NCBI GenBank assembly: GCA_964640155.1
Contig: CAZXEQ010000001.1
Coordinates: 1 to 32,000, forward strand
Direction of reading: 5' to 3'
Origin: an uncultured bacterium
GTDB lineage: Bacteria > Auribacterota > JACPWU01
DNA: 32,000 nucleotides
The position numbers were made by a program, and so were the translations under genes. The notes under the pieces are model-generated. The model saw only the letters and a program-made list of their open reading frames with translations, was not told where the DNA came from and ran no database searches. This document shows, piece after piece, positions 14,561 to 26,600 of this stretch; within the stretch, counting starts at the first letter, position 1, and each line of letters begins with the position of its first letter.

Positions 14561-14588
14561 AATATACCACATCAAGGCTGAAATGCAA
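14561..14588 (-). promoter_or_regulatory. Candidate sigma70-type promoter in the 113-bp spacer (TTGCAT - 16 nt - TGgTATATT extended -10)
   Basis: The minus strand reads TTGCAT TTCAGCCTTGATGTGG TATATT. The -35-like hexamer is at 14583-14588, the -10-like hexamer at 14561-14566, and a TG lies one base upstream of the -10. This is sequence resemblance only. Confidence 0.3.
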
Positions 14589-14605
14589 GTTTGAGACGCT
14601 TTTTT

Positions 14606-17600
14606 TTAAGCTGCAGTTCCTATCCACGCTTCTCTTCTTATCTCACCATCCATATCGCTTCGATCTGAAACAAGATTTAAGCTACTCTTCCTATATATAC
14701 CCAACCGTAAGACATCCCCCTCTTTTACAACTTTAACCACGCTACCATCTTCAAGTCGAGCAATATCCACTCCCTTTTCCAAATCAGCAATCGACCTTGT
14801 AAGAATCATTTCCAGAGCAACTTCAAAATACTGAACAGAAATATTTCCGGCTCCAACAAAATCAATATAGAAACAATGAGATATTTGACGAAGATCTTTA
14901 ACTATTTCAGCCACATCTGAACTTAATTTCAAAGTTTTACCTGCAACCTGAATCTTCCCATTCTTTTGAAGCAATATAATGCGAGATATTGTCTTTCTCA
15001 CAAGTTGATGAAGCGGTTTTGATATCTTAGCATCTTGATTCATTCCTTCCAAAATAGTCAATCCATCTTGCGTACGCCCAGATTTCAAATTTTTAATAGC
15101 TTCGAAATAGGGATCGATTGATACTAACCCGCTTGTCTGTAATTCTCTTGCCGGATGAACTTCATCAAAATAAGAAATGAGTTCAACCAAAGGCATGTTT
15201 CCCATTAATCCATCAACTGTTTCATCCACTCCAAAAATGATTTGTGCTAAATCTTCAGAGCTAAAAGATTTCCCTCTCATAAAAGAAGCCATTTGAAGCA
15301 GTCCGCCTAAAACACCTTGTTCCATTGCAAGTGTTGCTTCCTCATTGTGGTGATATTCTTCTGAGCGAGCTCTTTTTCGTCTTTTTTCCTCTGCCGCTCT
15401 TACTTCAACAATCTTTCTCACTTTTTCACGTAAATCATTTAATGTCATCTCATCTGATTGAAGAGATTTAATGGTTTTTTGAATCAAATCCGCAAGAGTG
15501 CGATTATCTTCCAATCCCAATTCATCTCTATTTAAAAAATGTGCAATGCTTGTTTGCAAAAGATCCGCAATTTCATTTTCAGTAATTTCCTGTAAAAACT
15601 CTGGGACAGCTTTAACAATGCTGCTCACTAATTTTTGAGTTTGATTCTGTCTCTGTGCTTGAGCCAAACGTAATCCCAAGATATAGCGTCTAAATCTCTT
15701 AAAATTAGCCAATCTGACTCTTTCTTTAGCTACACCTCTAACATTCGAAGGGTAAAGTTCACCAACATATTCAGAGATTGTTGGTCTTCCCTTTGATATT
15801 TCTTCAGAATCAGTAGCTAGAAATTGAATCCAAACAAAATAAGTTCCCGAAGCAAAACGAGGATGTTTGCCAGTGATGTGATCAGAAAAATAAGCGTCAA
15901 TCTTAGTCTTCAAAGCTGCATTTATAAGAACCACTTCTTTCTGATATTCCACATCTCTTTTAATTTGAGTCACTTCTTCTTCCTTCTTATCATCGAAAGA
16001 GTCTGCTTTATTTGTATGGCCCAATTCATGAAAAAGTCGTTCACCCAAAAGATGAATCACCACATCATGATAAGTACTATCATCCTCAAGTAGTTGACGA
16101 ACAAAAGCTTCCTGTAAATAAATGACTGTTTGACCTTTTTCAACAGTACGTAAAGAATTCACAGGAATATTATTTGAAACTTTAATCACCACATTTTGAT
16201 TTTCAGCTCGTGAAATGACGTCATTCCAATAACTTTCTAAAGAAGTCCCCTTCACTCTTTCCTGAACATTCTTTAAAGCTTGTTCAATGAGTAAAGCATA
16301 ATGTGCTCGTCCTCTATTATCGGGAACAGCATTCCATGCAGTTTTTGAACGATTCAAAGTAACTCTATCAAAAACAACTTCTTCTATTCTTTGAGGCCAT
16401 TCGAAATTAGTTTCAGAAAAAGTTAGAAAAAGAGCTGAATACTCTGCCTCATAAATGGATATTATTTCTCCTAGTGGTTTAAGATCATCATTATAAGTGT
16501 CTTTCCCCTTTTCACCGAGACGATTAAGCTCTGCTTCAAGTTTGTCGTACTCAGCACGAAGTGCTGGTAAAATAGCCTCAACACTTTCAGACTCGCTAAG
16601 CTGTTCCACCCGAGCCCTTAAAACTTCAATGTCTCCACTTATTGCATCTAAACTTCTTATAGGAGTTTCTGCAGCAGAAGACATGTCTGCAGGCGTAGCA
16701 GCTTCTGAAGCTGGTTCATCGTCGTCTTCCAGATCAGCTGAAGTTAAGTCTGCTGGTTCAGCTGCTTCAGGTTCTGGAGGAGGAGAATCTCTTCTTTCCG
16801 GTGCGGCGGGTTCTTCAGGCAGTGGTTTATCTGTTATGTTGATAGCAGCATCCCTGACAACAGGTGTAGCAGGAGCTGGTCTTTCTGCAGAGAGAGCTTG
16901 AGGCGTTGGCACTGGTTCAGGGGATTCAGGTTCAGGGCTCAACTCTTTAAGACGTTTTCTAAAAAGTTCTCGACGATTTTGAATCTCTTCTAAACCTTCT
17001 CGAATGGCTCGTTGTAAATCTTGAACTCTCGTTTGACCACTCCAATCAGAAAAAATATCTCTTAAAGCATCCCTTGCTCCTGTAAAAAGCTCTTCAGCTT
17101 TAGCCAATGATCCAAAAGACTCTGTAATGTCATCCTCTGATGCATCTTCAGGCTTTACAAGATATAAAAGAATTTTTTGAGCAGCATCAACCGGTTCAAC
17201 AACATTCTTTTTAAACAAAGCTTCTTGTGCATCTTCTGGGGTTGGAGAAGATCTTGGAGTTGCTTCTGTTTGAGTTTCTGTTTTTGCCCCACCCAAATCC
17301 GCTCCTGTGACAGTTTCTACTGAAGCTCCAACTCCTGATATTGAAACATCTCCTAAAGGAGCTTTAGGTTCCGCGGGTGCCTCAGGTTCTGAAGCAGGTT
17401 TAACTTTTGCAAGACGAGCCTCCCACCTTGATCGAAGGTCCTTGATAACACCAAATCTTGCTTGAATAATAGCCCTTGCACTTTCAGCCCAAGCCCTATC
17501 AACCAATTTCATTTGTTCACCTTCATGCTGAACATCAGCAAAAACAGCTAAAACATCTTTACCTTCTGGAATTGCCTCTAACGCTGTTTCTAAATGAGCT

Positions 17601-20600
17601 TGTGCTACATCCAATCGACTAAGAGCTCTTCCAACCTTCTCTTCATCAGCACTTTTAATAGGGTTATCCGATCTATCAAAAATTCTCCTCTCTGCATTAT
17701 TAATAAGAGTAACCACCCGTTCTTTTAACTTTTCTTCAGCTGTTTTCTCTGCAGGTTTTTCAGCTTTAACGCCTGATTTTGCTTCTGAAGATACACCTCC
17801 ACCCCCAGGAATAGAAGGAGCAACTGGAGGAACAACACCCGGCTGCTTTACAGGAGGAGTAGCTTCAGGAATATCAATACCTAAGTCTTTTAAAAACTGA
17901 ATATCTTTAGCCACAAAACCAAGATCTTTTAAAATTTCTTGCCTTCTTTCATTTTCTAAATTTTCCCAGAATTCATCACTTCTCTTAAAACAAAAATTCC
18001 AGACATGATAAGCAACATAAAGTACTCCCATATACTTAAGAGGTGTAAGAATTGAAGCTCCCGCATAGACTAAAGCTCCTTTTATTCCGAAAGAAGCAGC
18101 CCAACCATACAGGAACATCACTAAAGAAACTATCCATGCACCCTCTTTAACAATTTTCCAATTTGCCCATAAATTTTCTTTATTTTCTCCTAGGATATTT
18201 CTCTCTAAGTACTCTTTGAAAAACATTCTTCTAGGCGATTTTTTATCTTTATCAAAAACTTTATAATACGAAGCTGCTGGATCTCCCAATGATGAGAAAA
18301 ATCTTTTTGCTATTTTGAATCGAAGTTTCCATCGATCCGATAGAGAAAACGTGGTTGCCAAAGGATCTTTCCAAAATCGTGTATGTGTGTCTCGATACAT
18401 TACTCTTTCCGCCAGATCTTCTAATTTTTGGCGTTGTTCTTTACTCTTTTTATATCGTGTTCCATTCCACCACCAAGCAAACTTATATTTCAACTCAGCA
18501 TAATGACGCCAAGTAAAAAATTCAGGGATCAGCTGTTTACGTTGAGTTTCTAATTGCATCCAAGTCCATTCAACCAATCTGTCCTGAAACCAAGGAGAAA
18601 AACCATACATTTTACAGAGGGATCTAACCCATGCACGCAAATGTTCTTCTTCAAATGTTATTCCCTCAAATTGACCCAACAATTTTTTAACATCTTCTTC
18701 TTTAAGTCGAGGAATCTTAGCCCCCGGTGTCGCTTTCTCCCATTTATCTCTTAATGTATTTAAACGCTCAGTCAATTGCGTCAAATGAGAAGGCTGAATT
18801 TCTTCAAAAGCAAGGACTCGTAAAACTTCTTTGATTTCCTGACGAGCTAAAAGATACGGTTTGTCCAAATAAAGACGCAAAGTATCACGCTCATCCAAAT
18901 CAAATTGTTTGGCAACTTTTTTAACGCGTGTCTTAAAACCCTCTATCGTCTTTATTTGCTCAGATACACTCCCGTTAGTCGAGGACGCGTTTACTTTAAC
19001 TTCTTCATCTTCTTCAGAAAGAGTTGCTTCTTTATAATTAAAAATATTTTCGGCTAACCTTTCTTCGGGGAGAATTAAAGGCTTATGAAACTCTCTAGAA
19101 CGACCCTGATAGGTCGTCCACCAAACTGCCAAAGGACCAATCAGCCAGGAAAGAATGACCGGATAAGCCATTGCAAAAAGACTGAAGGGAATAATACCTG
19201 CAACAGTTAATCCAATAATGATCAAAGCCGGAATCACTGTTTTCATAAACATTTTGAAAATATTTATCTTACTCACCACAATTTCTCCAAAGAAATTATT
19301 AACCTCAGGGCCTGGCGTCCAGACCAACACCCCTTTATTAAAATAAAGTTCAGCAACTTGAATAATCATGATCGATAAAACCCAAAGGTTTAGTAAGAGG
19401 GTTAGCGTACTCCAAAAAACCAATCCAATACCTGATTTAATAATTTGTAAAATATCTCGACCCAATTTTGTGAAACTTAAGAATAAAATAATGGGAATAA
19501 TATAGGGAACAGATGCGATTAAAAAAGCCCATGGAGAAACAAGCAAAAATGTTGAACCAGACCCGAAGACAAGACCATTTAAAATAATTAATAAATGAGC
19601 TATCTTAGGACCTAGAATGGGTAGTAATTTTACACTCGCACCGGCAAAAGCAATAGCAGATTTCATGACAATTCCCCATTTACCAATAAATAAACTACCC
19701 ACTGCCAAACCTGCCCCGATAGACCCTAAAAACGTCACTGTATTGCGTATTCCTTTCCACCAAAACTCTTTCCTCGTTCTTGAGGGTTCTTTCCAAATGC
19801 GAATTGCAATAGGACGAATCACATAAGTCACACCTAAAAGCATTAAAAATACCACTGTATAAAGCCAATTGGATAAAACAGCTCTTGAAAGTTCTCGCGT
19901 CCCGGGGGTAACAGCACTGATCGCAGATGCCCCTGTCCAAAGAAGGAAAAGAGGATCATTAACAATTCCCTGAAGGTTAAACCAAGTCACCAAATGTCCA
20001 ATCCTCGGCTCATGCTCTTCTTTAATAATTGCCTCGGCTGCCTTTTTGACACCCCCTGGTTTCCACACCCCTTCCGCAAGATTTTTAGAAACCTTCCAAA
20101 GTGGATTCACAATTTCTTGAATCAGAAAATCTCCAAATCTCCATCTCACAATTCTAGCTAACATGAATAAGAAACTTGCGGGAGCATCTTCTGCATATCT
20201 TCCCAAATATTGCCAACTGTTAATAATTAAAGTCGCCTTACCTCCAACGCCTTCTGTGTGATCATGACTTAACTGATTCGCACGCGTAAAAGTTTTGATG
20301 ATAATATTGTTGATCGCTCTATGAATGCTCCAACTCCCTTTTCCAAAAGAGGTAAATAAAGGTTTCCCATTTCTCTTAAAAATGCGAGCAACAATTTCAA
20401 CGGTGCTAAACAAACGTTCCCCTGCTGTTTGCTGTCCTGTTGCAAAGGTGTTTTCCCCTTTGTTTAAGTTAACAATGGTAGGAACAAAAAGAGTAAAATT
20501 GTTTCCTAATTCTTGCTCTGCAGCCATGACAGAAGAAAGATAAACATGTGTGCCAGGCAAATAAGTATCTCCCCCGTCCATTTGATGAGCAAACTGAACA

Positions 20601-23600
20601 CATCGATCTGGTTCTACTTGTTCATCTAATAAATCTACAATTTTATTTCCATCCGAATCATAGAGATAGAAAAGTCCACTTCCCGGCTGACCTTCTTTCC
20701 CCATCAGAATGTCTTGTGAACGATGTAAAATCTCAAAGAGATCTCGCTTCAGTTTTGAGTCTTTAACGCCATTCAAATCTAATTCTGAAGCCTTGTTTAA
20801 ACCCTTAAATTTTTCTGTCAATTCACCTTTTACATTAATGTATTTTGCATCTATCAAAGCTTGCCATAAAGAATCAAGATTCATCCCTTTTAAATCCAAA
20901 TAAGCTAAATCGGTTTTCTTAACTCTTTTAGCATCCCTTGTAATAAGGCGAGTACTCTCATCCTCTTTACTTTTTAATGCTCCAAAATCATTTTTGGCTG
21001 CTACTCTGATCCACTTTTGAACCCATTGCCCATCTTTTTGAATGACTGTTCTATAGGCTAAACCTCCGACCTCAACATTGTCAAAAATATCTCCCCTTGC
21101 TTGTGCTTCTGCTAACTCTGTTTGAGTAAAAACATGAAAACCATCTTTTTCATTTACCAAAAAACCATGTTGTACTGTATCACCTACTTTTTTCTTCACG
21201 ACGACTCGGCCTGGAAACTCCTTATCTTCCCATGCAGCCATTTCTTCAGGCTTAATATTGATAAAATAATGCGTCTCATCTCCTGTTTTTCCTCGATGCA
21301 AATGATAAGAGGCCCCGTAATCTCCTTGTTGACCAATTCGTTGAATTCTTATTTTGGCAAACATGCTAAGAAAGTGATCTCGTTGATCGTTAGGAGAGAG
21401 ACTAGAAAAATCTTTTATTTCTAAAACAGCGTCTAGGACTTCTTCAAGCTCTTGCGCTGAAATATGATTATATAAATGCTTACTCCAAATATTTCTTAGA
21501 GCCTCTTGAATATTACTGACTTCTTTTATTTCATCTGCAAAAGCTTTTTCTGTTAATAACTTTCCCCATTCTGCTTTAAAATGGGTAGCTGCTTTCTGTA
21601 AAGCATCTTGCTCTACTTTAATCATCTGAATCAAAGGATCTTGCCGTCTAAGATCAGCTCCATCAAATTCACCTCGAACATAGGTATTACCATCTGACAC
21701 TAGTTTCCCTTGAGATGCCCATTGCAAAATTCTAAAAATTTCATCTTTATGCTCTTCAAATTCACGAGTATTAAATTTAGAATCGTTGAATTTTATATCA
21801 GCAGGTTTTTTTAAGACCTTAAAGCTCTTTTGAACGATCCCATTTTCTAAATAACCACTTTTTGTTAAATCAATCAAAAGCTCTTTAATATCCTGATCGT
21901 CCAATCCCATTGATTCAAAATTATCTTTAGTAAGAACAATTTCTTCCACCAAGAAAAATCCCTTGCCACTGCTGACATTCCATTTCCCAGCTGTTTTTTT
22001 GTCTTCTTTAAAGATTAATGTCCCTTTTTCATCAATGAGAACACACTTCCCCTCTCCAGCATCTTTGACAGGTTTAGAAATTTTTTTCAAATCATCTCTC
22101 GTTGCAACTCTAAAAGGTCCGATTTTTCTTCTATTGTTTTTATTCGTTTCATCTTCCTTATCAAGGTAAACAACAAAAAATCCAGGGGGATTTTTGAGAT
22201 TTCCAGCATCATCCTTTTCTATTTCTAAAATAAATTCACGCGGGGCAAGTGTATCAATGATAATTTTTCCACCTTCTTTCCACTCTTCACATTCATATTT
22301 TCCTTTAATAATAGGAACTTCCATGTATTTAACAACATCACCTGAAGGTGATATAAAATCCCCTTCGGCCAAATGTCTTCCATTTTCTGTTTCTTTGTAT
22401 TCATTGACACTGACAACCTTATAACTAAGCTTTCCTTCTTTTTCGTGAGCTTGAAAAGTCTGATCTAAAATCCGAACTTTTTCTTTTACACGTGTTACGT
22501 TTCGTCTTTCTCCTTCACCTTCAATTTTATATAAATCGTAAATAAATCCTAAACTATGCGCACCTTTTCTAGAGAAGATAGCACCCTTCTTACCATTTGT
22601 TAGAAATGCATGATCCTCTAAAAATCTCGTATTCCCTTCGAAATCAATGTAAAGTTTATAGTCATTGCCATTCTCATCCTTAAAGGTTAACCGATCGATC
22701 GTATCTTCTTGTCCCATGACAAAAGACGCATCTTTATCAAGATCCTTTAAAACCTTTAAAGGTTCCCCTGTATTAAAATCGATGAGTTTTCCATTTTTAA
22801 ATTCAAAATCTAAAGTTGAAGCAATTTTATCTCCTCGGGTTACCCGACCATCTTGTAAGTTAACTGGATAAAGCTCCCCTTCTAAAATTTCATAACTGGG
22901 CGTCTTTTCTCCATCTTTATAGAGATACCAATGATTTTCGAAATGAACATCATCATTGATCACTTTGCCATTTACTTTTAAGACTCTTCTTTCTCTCAAA
23001 CCATATCGATTGAGAGGATCAAATTTTAAAAGCTCACATTTGCGACCATGAACATCAAAGGTAACGCCTTCAAGTTTCTCTCTCTTGTCCAAAACATCGG
23101 CGGTATAACAAGTAGGATGTTCATGCTTAAGTTGCATCAATAGGAAATCATCATACATAGATCCCCATTTTTTACCAAAACGAACCTTATCTTCAGGAAC
23201 CTCTGCATTTTTTCGATTCCGATGTTCCCAAATCACACGATCATCACCAACTTTATCCATAAATTCTTCGATCAAAGCCAATTCAGATCCAACTACATTA
23301 TTGTCAGGAGATTGATTGAAGATGACCAATTTTTGATGATCGCGAGGGTCTGGTATTTCAAGATTTTCTCCATCCTGCAAAGCCAGGATTCTTGTTCTTA
23401 ACCTACGATTAATCGAAAAAAGAGATACATCTTCTTTTTTTGTTCCATCAGGGCAAATCATGTCAAATTTCTTTTGATCTCCATCCACGCGACAAACGAT
23501 TTGCACCTTTGAAACATTGTTCCAAAAATCCTCAAATAAAGAGTGAACTGCTTCATTAGATACTTTCACACTGTTGGGCAAATAAGGTAAATACACCATG

Positions 23601-26600
23601 GAATTATACTTCATCGGCACACGGCGATGCTTTTCCAACCAGGGATGAAGAGGAGGACCATCTCGTTTCATGACAATATCTAGCCAGACAAGGGAAACAT
23701 ACGCAATGGACCAAAAAAGAATGGTAGCAGCTCCTGTCATCAAAGCTGTTAGTAAAGGACTTGAAGCAATCAAAAAAGACACCATCACACCATAAAGAAT
23801 GGCAAAGAAAAACATGAATGAGCGATGCACCAAGAAATACAAATCTATTCTTAACTCACTCCACAGAAAATCCTTTTCTCCTTCTTTTTTAATTTCCGCC
23901 TGAAAACTTTTTAAGATTTTATAAACAGTTTCTTTGCCTTGAGCTGTATAACCCGTAAGGTCTAAATCAGCATGAGACTCCACGCTTTGTTGAAATTTTT
24001 TACTTAAATGACCTTTTTTATCTAAGTAACCTGCTTTTTTTAAATCTTCAAAAATATCATTGCCTGATTTTTCCAATCCTGAAAATTTGTCTGGGGTAAG
24101 TTTTGCACTCGATTCTCGGATGCTTCTTTTCACAAAAAAGAAACCATACTTAATCACATCAAAAATAAACCTCTGATATCCTCCAGCAAAATAAAGCACC
24201 ATCGCCATAATAATGGCAAAAGTAACCAAATGAGCCAACGCAACCACACCTAATCCTAGAGTCGCACCCATACTTACCCCTAAAATCTTGGTCAACAAAA
24301 AGAGAACCAGAGGAGGAATCGCAGGAGGAAATACTATTCTCGCAAACAGATCCCGTCGAGCAATAGCTCGAGTAATAACCCAATGCAAGGGAGCCACAAT
24401 AAAAGAAGGAAGAAAAAGATTCAATACTCGAGCAACAGGACCAATCGTATAGGCCTTTCCCTTAAGGCGCTCTTTATCATAGTGAGCAAAACCCCAACGC
24501 ACGCCTACATAAATTAGAATGACAAAAGCAAAAATGCCTATAAGAGGTAAAATCCCTGATCCAATCCCACTCAACAATGTTTTAACTGCATAGAGAACCA
24601 TTTGCAAACCACTTCCAGAAACAGAAGGAGGAAGTATATCAAAGCGAACACTTAAAAATTTAAAAACGCTGACAAAGGTTCCTGGAGCAACCAATAAATC
24701 AAAAAGTTGCAGTCCTCCATAAACCAATAATAACTGTATGGCGACTTTAAAAAGACCGAATACAAACCGTGCAAGTAATTTAACTTTAGAATTTTTCGCA
24801 AAGCTTGACAACCCACTTAAGGCGCCTGTAATTAAAGAAGATAAACCAAGACCCAACCATATTTTCTTTATTGTCGCCTTACTAAAAACATACGCCTTCT
24901 CAAATCTTTCTGATGCCTGCCGCTCATGCATTTTTCTAAAATAGGTTTCTATCGCGTCATTCACCCGTTGAATCAAAAGCCGTCTTTCCATACGAGCCAA
25001 AACATCAAAACCTAAGGATTCCAAACGATTGTCAGAGGCTCTATCATATTGACCATGATGATCAATATCAGCTAAAAGGTCTTGTTCCCATCCTTTAAAT
25101 ACAAAATACATGAGAACTTGATCTGTTAATTCTTCGTTTGTCACATTTTTAAATTCTCTACTAATTCTATCAAAAGCCTCGCGCCCCCCTCCTAATCCAT
25201 TTTTAATAAACAATATTTGATCTATGGCACGATGAAGAGAAGCAAGAGTCACATTTTGACGAACCATATGTCGAGTAATGATATCAATCAACCGATCCAT
25301 TTGTTCTGACGTAATTCCTAAATTTAAACCTGAACGTTCTAATTCCATCTCGACACCCAAACGAACATTCAGACGAGCTGCTTCTCGAGCCATAAAATTA
25401 ACCCAATGATCGATTTTAGAAGCATTCTGTCCCAAATCTAAAAATGAAAATTGTGGATCTGTTGTAATCTTTCCACGAAAAGCTTCTTTGATTTGAGTTA
25501 ATTTTATCCCAGGCCGAAAAGCCTGCCCTTGAATCAAATCTGAAATGAGACGTACTTGATATTCTGTAAGTCTAGTCATGCCTGACAATCTTTCGACTTG
25601 AGCATCACTTTGGACGCTAGATTCTAAACTTCTCTGACGGGCTCGAGTTTGAATGACTTGTGAAGCAAGAAATTGAGCAAGTTCAGTTTCAACATTGGGA
25701 ACTGCTTGTCCATTTCTAGCAAGTCCCAATCTCTGAACTTGGATTCTCATCTGAACGACTAGATTTTCTCTATGACTTGGATTTGCACGTTCTCTTAGAA
25801 ATCTAATAAAAACTTCTTTTTGGCCAGAAGCAAAATTTAAATTTAATTTTTCTAATTCTACATCTACAGCTAATTCAATGAGACGTGGATCACGCAAAGC
25901 TTGATACATCATAAAATCAACCCAATGGTTGATTTTTGCAGAATCGTCTCCTAAATGCATGAACGCAAATGTATTTGGTCTAATACCCTGAGTAAACGCT
26001 TGCCTCATTTGCGCAGGGGTTGTTGCATTCATTGCAGCCTGCTCAACTTGGGCATGAATAAGATCTGTAATTGTTCTAACCTGATCACGGGTAGGTCGTT
26101 CTGCTACCACTTCTTGAGTGATGAGTTCAGATCTTACGGCATCTTCTATTTCTTCCTGTAAATGAGTCCCATCTGACCTTATTTCAATAACACGCAATGC
26201 CAAAGCGCGAGCTAAAGTCTCTTTTCTTTCATCACTCATAGATCCTTGAGTTACTGTTAGAGAAGAACCGAATGATTGTAAAATCTCCCTTTCTTCATTT
26301 CGTTCTTCATCGAACGAAGCTGAAGTTCTAACAGCATTAGCAAGAGCTTCAATTTGTTGAGTTGCAGTTAAAATAGAGTTCCCAGCAAGTGTAATCCCTC
26401 TAAAAGTAGATTCACTCAGCTTGTTACGAATGATATCTGAAATTGTTCCTAATGTTTGAACAATATCTGCATGTTGAGGAGGAGTATAAGGTTCTGCAAT
26501 CATGCCTAAATCAAGCAACCGATCTGCCATAAAAAGATTACGTCTCATATCTACAACAATTCCAAGACGTGTTTCTTCTTGCACCAACAAATCCACCAGA

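Noticed and set aside
14493-14605. Rho-independent terminator after ORF B (T/A runs around 14541-14550 and 14600-14607)
   Set aside because: There is no GC-containing stem. On the transcribed (minus) strand the run next to the stop codon is poly-A, not poly-U. AAAAGCTTTT cannot form a looped hairpin.
16497-16901. 134-aa plus-strand ORF (Ser/Ala/Gly-rich)
   Set aside because: It is antisense to the Pro/Glu/Ala-rich linker of ORF B and is a low-complexity shadow.
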